Shown here in pieces: positions 37,903-46,860 of a stretch of 64,000 bases of DNA. Source of the stretch: a phage; sequence record OZ346151.1; one strand, 5' to 3'. Each line of letters begins with the position of its first letter. The first letter of the stretch is position 1. Under the pieces are notes generated by a model that saw only the letters and a list, made by a program, of their open reading frames with translations, was not told the origin of the DNA and searched no databases. A program made the position numbers and the translations under genes.

Positions 37903-38274
37903 ATGTTAGTAAAAGGTACTCACACAGTCAAACAACGTATCGAAGTTGAGATCGATGACTGCGAGCTGAAGCATATTTTACGGTCATGTTCCAACGTTTT
38001 GCTCCTTAGTATTCTCCAGGAGCGAGCGGAGAACGAGTTCTTAAATGCACTGGCAGGCCGCCCTGGTGATTTCTGTGTGCGTAAGCGTGGTGACAACAAG
38101 TCATGGCTGTGGGAGATAGACGCAGAATGGGATTACCATAAAAATGAGGGTATAGATGAACCTATTCGTGAATTGACGGACAACGAGGTTCAGATGTACA
38201 ATGAAGTTTGTCAGTGGGCAAAAAGTCAACAAACTTATCTTGATCCTTGGTGGATGATCGAAAATAGTCGTTGA
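37903..38274 (+). CDS. hypothetical protein (about 123 aa)
   Basis: ATG after AGAGGAGG. Confidence 0.45.
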   Translation: MLVKGTHTVKQRIEVEIDDCELKHILRSCSNVLLLSILQERAENEFLNALAGRPGDFCVRKRGDNKSWLWEIDAEWDYHKNEGIDEPIRELTDNEVQMYNEVCQWAKSQQTYLDPWWMIENSR

Positions 38275-38350
38275 CAGGAAGTAAGATTAGATATAAGATG
38301 CTTCACACAAACAGAGCGTTGATTGTTTAACACTTAAGGAGACCGCTAAG

Positions 38351-38605
38351 ATGAAAATTACTCTGAAGCCAGAATGCGTTGAAAATGACCGAGCTTTTAA
38401 AGATTGCACAATCGGTGCAATTTATGAAGCAGAGTTTTGTGAGAACCCTTTGGTAAAAGCCCTTCTGGAAGAAGGAGCTCCTCTATCACAGGAAGAGCTT
38501 GATGAGTTGGAAAACTCAGCACAGTGCCTTACCTTTAAAGATGATGAAGGAGACTCTGTCTGGTGCACTGTTAATGAAGTAGTTTTTGTAAAACCTGAAC
38601 ATTAA
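38351..38605 (+). CDS. small acidic protein, paralogue pair member (84 aa)
   Basis: AAGGAG RBS; shares AF(K/R)DCT and KDD(E/Q)GD...CT motifs with 38669..38941. Confidence 0.45.
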   Translation: MKITLKPECVENDRAFKDCTIGAIYEAEFCENPLVKALLEEGAPLSQEELDELENSAQCLTFKDDEGDSVWCTVNEVVFVKPEH

Positions 38606-38668
38606 TGCTTGACAACAGTCATAGGGCCTACTATAATGGCCCTATCAAAACGAAAGGGGACCACAGCA

Positions 38669-38941
38669 ATGACCAAACAATATCAACGAATTAAAGCCAA
38701 GGTTAAGCCAGACTATCTGGAGAAGGACTCTGCTTTTCGGGACTGCACAGCTGACAAAGTTTACACAGGGGCCGTCCTGTTGAACGATGAACTTGAAGTA
38801 GATATTCTGGGTAAAGAGGCCACTATTAAGGACGACCAAGGCGATTATGTTTGCTGCACCACACGTGAGCTAGAAATCTTAGAATACTTCGGTGAAATCT
38901 TCACCTCTCTTGATGATTACTTAGATGATGAGGAAGCGTGA
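38669..38941 (+). CDS. small acidic protein, paralogue pair member (about 90 aa)
   Basis: ATG after AAAGGGGA; paralogous to 38351..38605. Confidence 0.45.
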   Translation: MTKQYQRIKAKVKPDYLEKDSAFRDCTADKVYTGAVLLNDELEVDILGKEATIKDDQGDYVCCTTRELEILEYFGEIFTSLDDYLDDEEA

Positions 38942-39330
38942 TGAAAAATATTTGGGATATCGATATCTTTGAAGCCTCTAAGCTTGATGGTGCTGATGGA
39001 GTGATTATGGTGTCTGATGGCAAAGCAACACTAACTTCCGGAGATATCATCTATGCCTTGGACGAGCTGGCGCTTCTGAAATCTACCGGTAACACTTTAG
39101 AGGAGCGTCTTCAAGGCTTCGCCTTCAAAGAAGGCACAAATACCGCCATGATGTGCACCACACGGACAGTTCAAGTTGGTAACGGTGTCTATATGATCAT
39201 TGCTGTGTGTCCTAAATTCAGCAACGTCAACAAAGATGATGCTGACGCTGTCAACGATGTGGTTGTTCTCTTCGTGGGTGACGCTATGGCAGATCTGATG
39301 AATGCAGGAGAAGCAGCAAATGAAGACTGA
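38941..39330 (+). CDS. hypothetical protein (about 129 aa)
   Basis: ATG start; no motif recognised. Confidence 0.45.
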   Translation: MKNIWDIDIFEASKLDGADGVIMVSDGKATLTSGDIIYALDELALLKSTGNTLEERLQGFAFKEGTNTAMMCTTRTVQVGNGVYMIIAVCPKFSNVNKDDADAVNDVVVLFVGDAMADLMNAGEAANED

Positions 39331-39622
39331 AAACATCACCCCCGCAGGGTTCTTAAAAGTATACCGTGAACTGCTATATACTACAGAGGACAGTGTTCTA
39401 GAGTATCCAGAATATCTTTTGCTGTATAAGTATCTGCAGGAGGCTGGTGAAAATCTGCCAGTTAGTGCAGAAGGTGGTCCGAACTGGATATACAGCGCAT
39501 GGAGAAAGGTTGACATTCTCCCAGATCCGGGTAAAGATATGGTAGTTTGGCAGCTTATCAACAACATCGGGATTCCAATCTTTGATGAAGCTGTTAAAAT
39601 CTATTTTGAACTTGACGATTAA
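39320..39622 (+). CDS. hypothetical protein (about 100 aa)
   Basis: ATG after GGAGAAG. Confidence 0.45.
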   Translation: MKTENITPAGFLKVYRELLYTTEDSVLEYPEYLLLYKYLQEAGENLPVSAEGGPNWIYSAWRKVDILPDPGKDMVVWQLINNIGIPIFDEAVKIYFELDD

Positions 39623-39639
39623 TATCAGGAGACCTTAAG

Positions 39640-39885
39640 ATGGCTGAAGTAGTTGCTCGCGCAGGACAGAAAGTACGTTGTGTGGAAGTAGGTTTTGGTG
39701 GCAAAGGGTGTCAAAACTTGACTCAAGGTAAGGAATACGCTGTTATTTCTGGTGGTGGCGACGAGAGTATTGTGTTCGAGGGCCACATCCTGGATGCTGA
39801 AAACTTTGAAATCTTTGACGACGATGGAGATCCGATCACCTGCCTGCTGGACGGGAATTGGGGAACTTTCGAAGTGATTGGCTAA
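39640..39885 (+). CDS. hypothetical Gly-rich protein (81 aa)
   Basis: AGGAGA RBS and ATG. Confidence 0.45.
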   Translation: MAEVVARAGQKVRCVEVGFGGKGCQNLTQGKEYAVISGGGDESIVFEGHILDAENFEIFDDDGDPITCLLDGNWGTFEVIG

Positions 39886-39968
39886 CAAATACCTATTGTA
39901 ATTTACAGAAGGGGATGCTAAAATAGTGTCTCCTTCTATGTTGTTCAAATAAAATCGGAGATTCCATA

Positions 39969-40334
39969 ATGGAACAAATGAACGATCAAGCGTCGGTTGC
40001 GATGAACGAGCAAGAACAACCTCAAGAATTTTTCTTAGGGTTAAGTAAAGATCAAGTGTCTCTTCTGCTAGTGCTTTCTTCTTTCATGGGAAGACTTCAG
40101 GAGCTCACACAACAGCCAGAGGCTGAACAATTATTCCAAGCTTTGCGTGAAGAAGAAAAATATCGTCGTTTGGACTATGCCTTAGGTTGGGTAGCTCAAC
40201 AACGAGATATGCTGATGGCCCTCTCTGGGACCACAAGTTTTGCAATGGGGCTGTTGGCTCAAGTTCAGGACAAATTAATTCAAGCAGGGTTTGCACACAC
40301 GGCAAACACTAACGAAGAACAAGGAGACAAATAA
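39969..40334 (+). CDS. hypothetical protein (121 aa)
   Basis: GGAGA RBS; stop overlaps next start. Confidence 0.45.
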   Translation: MEQMNDQASVAMNEQEQPQEFFLGLSKDQVSLLLVLSSFMGRLQELTQQPEAEQLFQALREEEKYRRLDYALGWVAQQRDMLMALSGTTSFAMGLLAQVQDKLIQAGFAHTANTNEEQGDK

Positions 40335-41560
40335 TGAGCGTTATTCAACAATTCGCTAACCCGATGAATCCGCGTGAAACTGTTTTACTGGCTCACGGCA
40401 TGATTAAACGTGTCAGCATCAAGCCTATCAAAGGTGCTGATCCTACAACAGGTATTAAAACCACTGTGTGGCAAGGTAAGAAAATTGAATCCAGCCACAC
40501 CATCTCTTTACTGATTTCTGAACTGGATTCCTCTGATAACCTGCTTCAAGGTGGTGAAGAAGTTTGGATCAGCATGGGTGATAAGCTGCTTAAACCTGGT
40601 CATCAAGACTCTGTCTCTGTTAAAATTGATGACAAGTGGGAAACCGTAACGCCGGGATGGATCGTAAATATTCCTTTGAAGGCAAACGAGCATAACGGTA
40701 AGACCTATTACAAAGGCTCACTGGCTAAGATGGTCAAGCTGGGTGCAGGAGAGGCTCCAGCAGCGACTCAGCAGCAAAAACAGCAACAAGGTGCACAATC
40801 ACAAGGCCAGAAGCAGAAACCTCAGCAGAATGCCAATCAGGACGTTTTACGCATCTATGGTGATGTGACTCAGATTGTTGGCAACGTGGTTACTGTTAAT
40901 GACCACAAGATTGGCGAAGGTGCTATGGTTGTAACTGATGAGCAGCTTAAAGACCTGGTGGTAGGTGGTCGTGTTGCAGCCATTGTTGACAAAGACACCG
41001 GAAACATTATCAGTGGTTTCAAGGCCTATCCTCCTAAGGCAGAGAACGGCACTCAAGGCTCTGGTGGCAAGCGTAAATCCTCTTACGACCCTATCGGTGT
41101 GGAAACGGGGCATAGCATCAATGCGTTGCAGATCATCCTGGATCGCGGGTTTAAGGTAGACGACCCACTGGGCGTGGCTAAAACACTGCACGTAGTCACC
41201 ATTGAGCTTAAGAAAGAGTATGCTCAAGCCACCAACCGAGCTGAAGATGAAGTAGGTGCCAGTGTCGGTAATGCGGTGTTGAACGCTTGTCGCCGTATTG
41301 ACAAGAAAACGAAAGTTGATGATTTTGCAGTGGCAATTACTGCAGAAGCAAAAGATGTCTTGACTAATCTAGCTGAGCCGTTGTACGATTGGATCAAGAA
41401 CGGTGCTGAGTCCACTGACCATCAAGAACCTCAGGCTGCCAAACAGGAAGCAGCTCCACAGCAAAACACTGTAGACGCTCCTCCTGTAAATGATGCGGAA
41501 GATGACCCAATGGATCAGAATCCAGCACAGTACGTCTTTGATGATGACATCCCATTTTAA
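40334..41560 (+). CDS. SSB-like single-stranded DNA-binding protein with Gln-rich linker and acidic C-terminal tail (408 aa)
   Basis: C-terminus DDDIPF is identical to the bacterial SSB protein-interaction tail; Q-rich low-complexity linker; sits in the replication module. Confidence 0.55.
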   Translation: MSVIQQFANPMNPRETVLLAHGMIKRVSIKPIKGADPTTGIKTTVWQGKKIESSHTISLLISELDSSDNLLQGGEEVWISMGDKLLKPGHQDSVSVKIDDKWETVTPGWIVNIPLKANEHNGKTYYKGSLAKMVKLGAGEAPAATQQQKQQQGAQSQGQKQKPQQNANQDVLRIYGDVTQIVGNVVTVNDHKIGEGAMVVTDEQLKDLVVGGRVAAIVDKDTGNIISGFKAYPPKAENGTQGSGGKRKSSYDPIGVETGHSINALQIILDRGFKVDDPLGVAKTLHVVTIELKKEYAQATNRAEDEVGASVGNAVLNACRRIDKKTKVDDFAVAITAEAKDVLTNLAEPLYDWIKNGAESTDHQEPQAAKQEAAPQQNTVDAPPVNDAEDDPMDQNPAQYVFDDDIPF

Positions 41561-41574
41561 CATTTAGTTAACAT

Positions 41575-41603
41575 AGCCCTGCCAGAAAGGGTGGGGTATT
41601 TTT
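41575..41603 (+). terminator. rho-independent terminator (copy 2 of repeated terminator)
   Basis: GCCCTGCCAGAAAGGGTGGGG hairpin followed by TATTTTTG. Confidence 0.6.
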
Positions 41604-41622
41604 GTATAAGGAGATCTAAAAA

Positions 41623-42039
41623 ATGACATTAGAAGATATCATTGTTAAACCTGAGAACTATGACCAATACAACCTGTCAACTCAATCTGTAGACCTTGGA
41701 TGCGCCACGGTCAGTGCGTGGCTGGTTAACGGAAAAGAGCTGGATAAATGCTTAGAAGCTCACATGTCTATTAACAAGTTTCTGGATGAAAATACTCACT
41801 GGCTTGAGGGTGCAGGAGTATATGCTTCATGGTTGGAAAGTATGGGATTCGACTACCAATCTGAAGAAGGGTGGTGGAGCTATTTAGCTATCTGCCCAGA
41901 GACGCTGCAATGCTTCATGAAATATTCTGAAGATTTGGAGTACCGGGCGGTGGTTGATAGTGCTATTGCCCGTTATAGCCGTAAACCTTTTTCCCACGAC
42001 ATTAAAACTGTGGAAGAGTTTGTTGAAGTTTTCTGTTGA
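41623..42039 (+). CDS. hypothetical protein (138 aa)
   Basis: AAGGAGA RBS and ATG. Confidence 0.45.
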   Translation: MTLEDIIVKPENYDQYNLSTQSVDLGCATVSAWLVNGKELDKCLEAHMSINKFLDENTHWLEGAGVYASWLESMGFDYQSEEGWWSYLAICPETLQCFMKYSEDLEYRAVVDSAIARYSRKPFSHDIKTVEEFVEVFC

Positions 42040-42135
42040 CACAGGTGGAAAGGTGTGCAATTATAACTTCATAGAACGGGAGGACGTGATGAACGAAGAA
42101 AACTGGGATGTATAACTAACAGGAGGCCACTGCCC

Positions 42136-42333
42136 ATGATTTATCGAATCCGTGTAAGAGAAGATGCACCAGGCTGTTACTTTGACTGGCGTGGGTGGTG
42201 GTTTCTCCACCCAATGGATGGACTCACAGATAGAATGCTGGATGCTGCCCTTTATACAGATACCGACATAGAATATAATCTCTATCTGAAGGACGGTATA
42301 GATAACGGCCTGTTTGAAGCAATTCCTGTGTAA
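42136..42333 (+). CDS. hypothetical protein (65 aa)
   Basis: AGGAGG RBS and ATG. Confidence 0.4.
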   Translation: MIYRIRVREDAPGCYFDWRGWWFLHPMDGLTDRMLDAALYTDTDIEYNLYLKDGIDNGLFEAIPV

Positions 42334-42401
42334 GAGACTGTAATAGCTATGTTTTATGATCTTCCTGTAGCACCACCACCTGTTGAACCCGGAGAACTAA
42401 G

Positions 42402-42827
42402 ATGATCTATGAAATGCCAAAACTGATTCGTGACGATGCCCAAAACGCCCACACCTTTATCATGGGCAAGCGCATGGATATTATTTGTCATAAAGATTTC
42501 TGGGAAGGTAGTTACTTCACAGAATATTTTGGTAAACTGGATAATGGTCTGCTGATCCAGTTCTACACCGATGCGGAAAACAATATCTGCTGGGAGTTCG
42601 AAACTGAAGATATCCATAAACTTTTCACCTTCCTAGGTATTAAGGTTGAGGCCAAGTTTGAAGAAGGCGAGTGCGACGATTGTGGATTCTACGAGGTAAC
42701 AGATTTCTATCTCCCAAGTGGTGAGAACCTTTACTATGAAAGCCACTTCGGCAACTCAAATATGCCACAAGGTTGGGATGAGTTTTTTGAAATTGCGGAA
42801 GAGGAGCTGACATACCGTGATTATTGA
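42402..42827 (+). CDS. hypothetical protein (141 aa)
   Basis: GGAGAA RBS; stop overlaps macrodomain gene start. Confidence 0.45.
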   Translation: MIYEMPKLIRDDAQNAHTFIMGKRMDIICHKDFWEGSYFTEYFGKLDNGLLIQFYTDAENNICWEFETEDIHKLFTFLGIKVEAKFEEGECDDCGFYEVTDFYLPSGENLYYESHFGNSNMPQGWDEFFEIAEEELTYRDY

Positions 42828-43275
42828 TACTGTAGCGGGAGATTTAATCTCCCTTTTTAAGAGCGGTGCTGGTCACCTGATCCACGGTTGTAACTGCTTT
42901 CATACAATGGGTGCAGGCATAGCGAAAGATATTGCCCGTGAGTTCCCTCAAGCACTGGCAGCCGACAAAGAGACTGCCTATGGTAATCTGGACAAGCTGG
43001 GTATGTTTTCTTGTTGGGAGCATTTTGCCAAGAACAGGGTCGTATATGGAATCAACCTGTATACCCAGTTCTACCCAGGGCCCAATGCTGAATACTTCTC
43101 AATAATGAAAGGTTTTGAGCGAGTCAACGAGGTATTCAAAGGTGTGTCATTGCCGTTCTACATTCCTAAAATTGGATGCGGTATTGGCGGTCTAAAGTGG
43201 GAACATGTAGAAGATGTAATTAATCTTGCAACCACAGATATTGATGTGGTTGTAGTAGAGTACAAAAAGTGTTGA
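42817..43275 (+). CDS. macrodomain protein (TARG1/DarG-like ADP-ribose-binding or hydrolase fold)
   Basis: IHGCNCFHTMGAGIAKDIAREFP matches the HC(N/I)S...MGAGIA signature of TARG1/DarG-type macrodomains; 152 aa; GTG start overlapping upstream stop. Confidence 0.6.
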   Translation: MIIDTVAGDLISLFKSGAGHLIHGCNCFHTMGAGIAKDIAREFPQALAADKETAYGNLDKLGMFSCWEHFAKNRVVYGINLYTQFYPGPNAEYFSIMKGFERVNEVFKGVSLPFYIPKIGCGIGGLKWEHVEDVINLATTDIDVVVVEYKKC

Positions 43276-43526
43276 CGACCATCTTCTGAGGTGATATAGT
43301 TTCCACAACAACTAAGAGAGGAGAGCACTGTGGAGACTAAAATCTTAATTCTTGCTGTGGTAGATACAACCGAAGGAGCTATATTCGAATCTGCAGGGAG
43401 GTATTTCTACCTACCATACGGAAAAAGAACTTCCGAGCCAAGTAAAGATTCAATCCTCAAGGTGTTCCCGTGTGCTTTCTGGCTGGAGATTTTGGTATAA
43501 GATTGCAGAGGATTTGGGAGAGAATT

Positions 43527-43721
43527 ATGAGAAACAAGAAAGAGCTTTACTCTGGTGAGTGGATCAACGATCAACAGGTGGGAGAGGTAACCTGCTTCCG
43601 ATGTTTTACCAGGTACAATCTTAAAACTGCACCAAAAAGTGTTCCAAAGACTGACGGTTATTACATAAAAGAACCTCATTGCCCAAAATGTAAATGCCGA
43701 TTATACTGGAGTAACCTGTAA
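43527..43721 (+). CDS. small zinc-ribbon protein (about 64 aa)
   Basis: ATG after GGGAGAG; CFRC ... CPKCKC pattern. Confidence 0.4.
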   Translation: MRNKKELYSGEWINDQQVGEVTCFRCFTRYNLKTAPKSVPKTDGYYIKEPHCPKCKCRLYWSNL

Positions 43722-43784
43722 AAGATTGACATCTGAAAACTGCAGTGTATAATATATGCATAAACTAACAGAGAGTGATGTATT

Positions 43785-43976
43785 ATGGTAATTTTTAACC
43801 GGGATGGTATCATAGTTAGACAGCACCCGTTCCTTGAATACTATCAAATTGAGCAATGGTGCTACGGGGATTGCAGTCACTCCTATGGGCAAAGTTGGGG
43901 ATATCGTACAGTTTTTGAATCCACAGACCTTGACAAAGTAAAACAGAAAGTTTTAGAACTTCTTAACAACAAGTGA
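43785..43976 (+). CDS. hypothetical protein (63 aa)
   Basis: ATG start; small ORF. Confidence 0.35.
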   Translation: MVIFNRDGIIVRQHPFLEYYQIEQWCYGDCSHSYGQSWGYRTVFESTDLDKVKQKVLELLNNK

Positions 43977-43986
43977 GTATCGTGCC

Positions 43987-44319
43987 ATGGTAACATTGGA
44001 AAGACGTAAAGCTATTGCCGCCACACTGGCAGACATCTTTTGGGATTGTAATTTAAAATCTACCCGAAATTGTGGTGCATCTGTAGATGTATTATTCCCA
44101 CGGCCTACTATTGTTGCAATGGGCAACCTGCTCGATGTGGTATATGGAGCATGGGACAAGGAAGGTGGATTCTATATCTGGCAACCTGACTACGGGACTT
44201 GGAAAGAGGTTAGTGGTTCTTCGGACTTCACTCCTGCAGTGGCTAAAATGGATGGCTGGAAAATCTATGTCGGTAACGACATGGAACTGAAAGGCGAAAT
44301 TGTTTACTGGTTACCTTAA
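43987..44319 (+). CDS. hypothetical protein (110 aa)
   Basis: ATG start. Confidence 0.45.
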   Translation: MVTLERRKAIAATLADIFWDCNLKSTRNCGASVDVLFPRPTIVAMGNLLDVVYGAWDKEGGFYIWQPDYGTWKEVSGSSDFTPAVAKMDGWKIYVGNDMELKGEIVYWLP

Positions 44320-44340
44320 GAAAGTCCAGGAGATAAAGTT

Positions 44341-44586
44341 ATGAACAAAGGGTGGACATTTGTAGACGGCGTTAAAAACATGCCTCTAGGAAAGTATATT
44401 GTAGCCATGGCAGATGAGAATGGCAAGGTTGATTTCGGAGTTTGCGAGGTTGTTCTTGCAGGATCTGGTGACTATGCTCACAAAACTGGGATAATTAACG
44501 GTCATTTCTACTTTGATTACAACCCTGTTGTGGCGTATATGGCTATGCCAGAGTTCGAGCTCCCAAAGGAAGGTGCAGATGTTTAA
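44341..44586 (+). CDS. hypothetical protein (81 aa)
   Basis: AGGAGA RBS and ATG. Confidence 0.4.
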   Translation: MNKGWTFVDGVKNMPLGKYIVAMADENGKVDFGVCEVVLAGSGDYAHKTGIINGHFYFDYNPVVAYMAMPEFELPKEGADV

Positions 44587-44776
44587 GCTTAAATCTGCAT
44601 GGAACATCGCTGTGGGGGACGAGATCCGTATCCCAGGTGGAAAGACCATTATGAAAATATCTCGTATCGAGTACGAAGGTGATCGTGTATTTCATATCTT
44701 TGCAGAAGATGGTCGAGAGATTTATATACAGGTAGGATCTCACATCTATATTCGTAAGAAAGGGGAGGACAAATGA
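44582..44776 (+). CDS. hypothetical protein (about 64 aa)
   Basis: ATG after AAGGAAGG; overlaps upstream stop. Confidence 0.4.
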   Translation, partial: FKLKSAWNIAVGDEIRIPGGKTIMKISRIEYEGDRVFHIFAEDGREIYIQVGSHIYIRKKGEDK

Positions 44777-45102
44777 CAGAGATCATCATTTCAACTGCAG
44801 GGTATGTATTCCTGACAATCATTGCACTGGCTATTTTGGTGACAGTGTATGGGTTTGTTATCCTTCCTATCCTTGAGACATTTAGTTTGTGTCGGTGTTG
44901 GAGAAAAGCTTACGGTCCACAACCATGGAAGGACTGGCCCCACCTGGTGCGCTTAGCGTTCTCTTATGCTTACGATCACTCCAGTAGTGCATGCATAACC
45001 GGATACCACGCCCACAACTGGAGCTGGGAAGGGTTGAGGAAATGGAATGTTACAAAGACCATACCTCTGCGCATGTACAAACCTAAAAACAAAGACAACT
45101 GA
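44773..45102 (+). CDS. membrane protein (109 aa)
   Basis: GGGGAGG RBS; N-terminal hydrophobic helix IISTAGYVFLTIIALAILVTVYGFVILPIL. Confidence 0.45.
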   Translation: MTEIIISTAGYVFLTIIALAILVTVYGFVILPILETFSLCRCWRKAYGPQPWKDWPHLVRLAFSYAYDHSSSACITGYHAHNWSWEGLRKWNVTKTIPLRMYKPKNKDN

Positions 45103-45410
45103 TACTTGAAAATTCCTGGCATATCAAGTATAAGGGGGATTTCTAAAATGGATTTCCTCCTTTTGATATTTCACCGGGCTGGATATTTTAAAATTCTTAG
45201 AAAATCAGAAAATGGATCGAAAACTAAAATGGATTTTTCAGAGTAGGCGCGACAAGCTGAATAACTCATCCTATCGTTTGCACCATATTCCAGGCCACCA
45301 TTATAGATTTCCCACACATGCTAACCTCTCCCTACTAGAACTTCCTCCACTTACCCTTGACCTTCTATGGTAACAATCTAACCGCTATCTTGAAGTTGCG
45401 GTGCAGCTTT

Positions 45411-45600
45411 CCAGGTACTCGATCTACTTTTCATTTCAGGGCTTGGATTTTCTGAAAATTTTTCTCGATAAATTTCTCAGTACTCGATCTGTTTTTCGTT
45501 TTCTGAATCGGATTTTCTGGAAATCGTTCCGGCTCTCAACCTGAAATTTTTGGGGACGAAATCGATTTTTCGTTTTCAGAAATGGATTTTTAAAATTTCT
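45411..45600. repeat. iteron-like imperfect tandem direct repeats (about 64-bp unit, 2 full copies plus a partial one)
   Basis: CAGGTACTCGATCTACTTTTCATTTCAGG...GGATTTTCTGAAAAT recurs as CAGTACTCGATCTGTTTTTCGTTTTCTG...GGATTTTCTGGAAAT, then a partial CGATTTTTCGTTTTCAG...GGATTTTTAAAAT. Confidence 0.5.
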
Positions 45601-45705
45601 ATATGGGAATATTTTAGTGGATACTGTTTTATAGGAAATTGTTACGGAGGGTAATTAGCATGCTAATTAAATTTATTAAATGCGAGGAGTTCTCATTTAG
45701 AATTT

Positions 45706-45930
45706 TGAATGATAATCATTCTCGTTTGCAGAATAACGGGCAGGCCCGGTGATTGTCTCCCGGCCCCTGTTGCCCCGGCTTGTTATTATAGTATCACACA
45801 GGACAAAGAAAGCAAGGACTTTTTGCATAAATTTTTAAATGATAATGATAACCGTTCTCATTTTATGCAGCGCCCATCCCCGGTGGTTGTCTCCCCCGTC
45901 ACCGGTGCCTGCCGTCCTTTCGATATGTAT
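45706..45930. repeat. pair of about 85-bp imperfect direct repeats in non-coding DNA
   Basis: GATAATCATTCTCGTTTGCAG...CCCGGTGATTGTCTCCCGGCCCC recurs about 130 bp downstream as GATAACCGTTCTCATTTTATGCAG...CCCGGTGGTTGTCTCCCCCGTC. Confidence 0.4.
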
Positions 45931-46286
45931 ATTGTGCCACCTGGCGGGGCCGCTGTCAACACTTTTCAAAAAATTTTTCTAACCTGGTGCGCTAACCGTT
46001 GCAACCTGGCGGGGCCAGCCTGGCAGGACCTAACTGACCAGGTAGGGGAGAATGAAGGCTTGTAAACCTGGTGGGCCTATGCTACAGGATAGGTAACAAT
46101 TGAAGAGGAGGTACAAAAATGATATGATCCCCCTGGAAAATGTAGCTATTAATGACTCTGAGGCTATCGCCCTGGTTGAAAAGGCTATGGCGGGAGCGTT
46201 GGAACATAAAGAAGAGTACGAAAATGGTGGTTAACCTGGCGGGGGCGGCAGGTGGATTCTATCATAAAAATAATTTAAAATAGTAG

Positions 46287-46314
46287 TTGACAACAAGGTT
46301 AATCATGGTATTAT
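46287..46314 (+). promoter_or_regulatory. sigma70-like promoter (TTGACA-16-TATTAT)
   Basis: Consensus -35 with good -10, upstream of the 46365 gene. Confidence 0.5.
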
Positions 46315-46364
46315 TACCCTACAAGGTGAACAACACCGCACTAACCAGTAAAGAGGATAAATTT

Positions 46365-46562
46365 ATGAACGCATACGGGATCAAAGTACGTCGCAACACT
46401 CGCCAGGTGGTCACCAATCAAGTGATTTGCCGGGTGGATGTAACCATCAACAACGGGCAAGGCCTTTATAAATTTCGTCGCGGTCATAGCTATACCCTGC
46501 AACAGCTTAATCGTTGCGCCCTGACAAAAGGTCAGATCAACCACTGGTTTAATAAAAAATAA
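46365..46562 (+). CDS. small basic hypothetical protein (about 65 aa)
   Basis: ATG after AGAGGATAAA; first of a run of small rightward genes. Confidence 0.45.
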   Translation: MNAYGIKVRRNTRQVVTNQVICRVDVTINNGQGLYKFRRGHSYTLQQLNRCALTKGQINHWFNKK

Positions 46563-46565
46563 GTA

Positions 46566-46594
46566 TTGACATACAGTCAGACACCAAATACACT
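46566..46594 (+). promoter_or_regulatory. sigma70-like promoter (TTGACA-17-TACACT)
   Basis: Consensus -35 and TAnnnT -10 upstream of the 46627 gene. Confidence 0.45.
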
Positions 46595-46626
46595 AAAAGC
46601 ACAAAAGACACTAAGAGGATAAAATC

Positions 46627-46812
46627 ATGAAAACCACTACCTTTAATTTTGATAATGCAGACTTTTCTTTTTCTGATGTCAAGAACTGCCGCCGTGATCG
46701 TGGATTTTACAAGGCTTATAATCTGGTGGGCCTGGACGATGACAATAATTTGCACGAAGTAGCTGAGATCCAGCTTGACAGATTGGACGGGAAAGTACTA
46801 AAAACTTATTGA
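46627..46812 (+). CDS. hypothetical protein (61 aa)
   Basis: AAGAGGATAAAATC then ATG. Confidence 0.45.
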   Translation: MKTTTFNFDNADFSFSDVKNCRRDRGFYKAYNLVGLDDDNNLHEVAEIQLDRLDGKVLKTY

Positions 46813-46814
46813 GT

Positions 46815-46860
46815 TTATTTTTAGATGGCCTTGACACCAGGGCCATCAATAAAGTAAACT
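46815..46860 (+). promoter_or_regulatory. 46-bp palindrome-containing promoter element, copy 1
   Basis: TTATTTTTAGATGGCCTTGACACCAGGGCCATCAATAAAGTAAACT; TTGACA sits in the loop of a GATGGCC/GGCCATC inverted repeat. Confidence 0.5.

Noticed and set aside
45400-45600. Possible CRISPR array suggested by the direct repeats
   Set aside because: Repeats are degenerate, irregularly spaced, AT-rich and lack unique spacer-like interspersed units; no cas genes. Interpreted as iteron-like repeats.
45709-46065. 118-aa ORF on the + strand inside the repeat-rich region
   Set aside because: Low-complexity Pro/Gly/Ala-rich translation, no RBS, and it is built from the two about 85-bp direct repeats; more likely non-coding.
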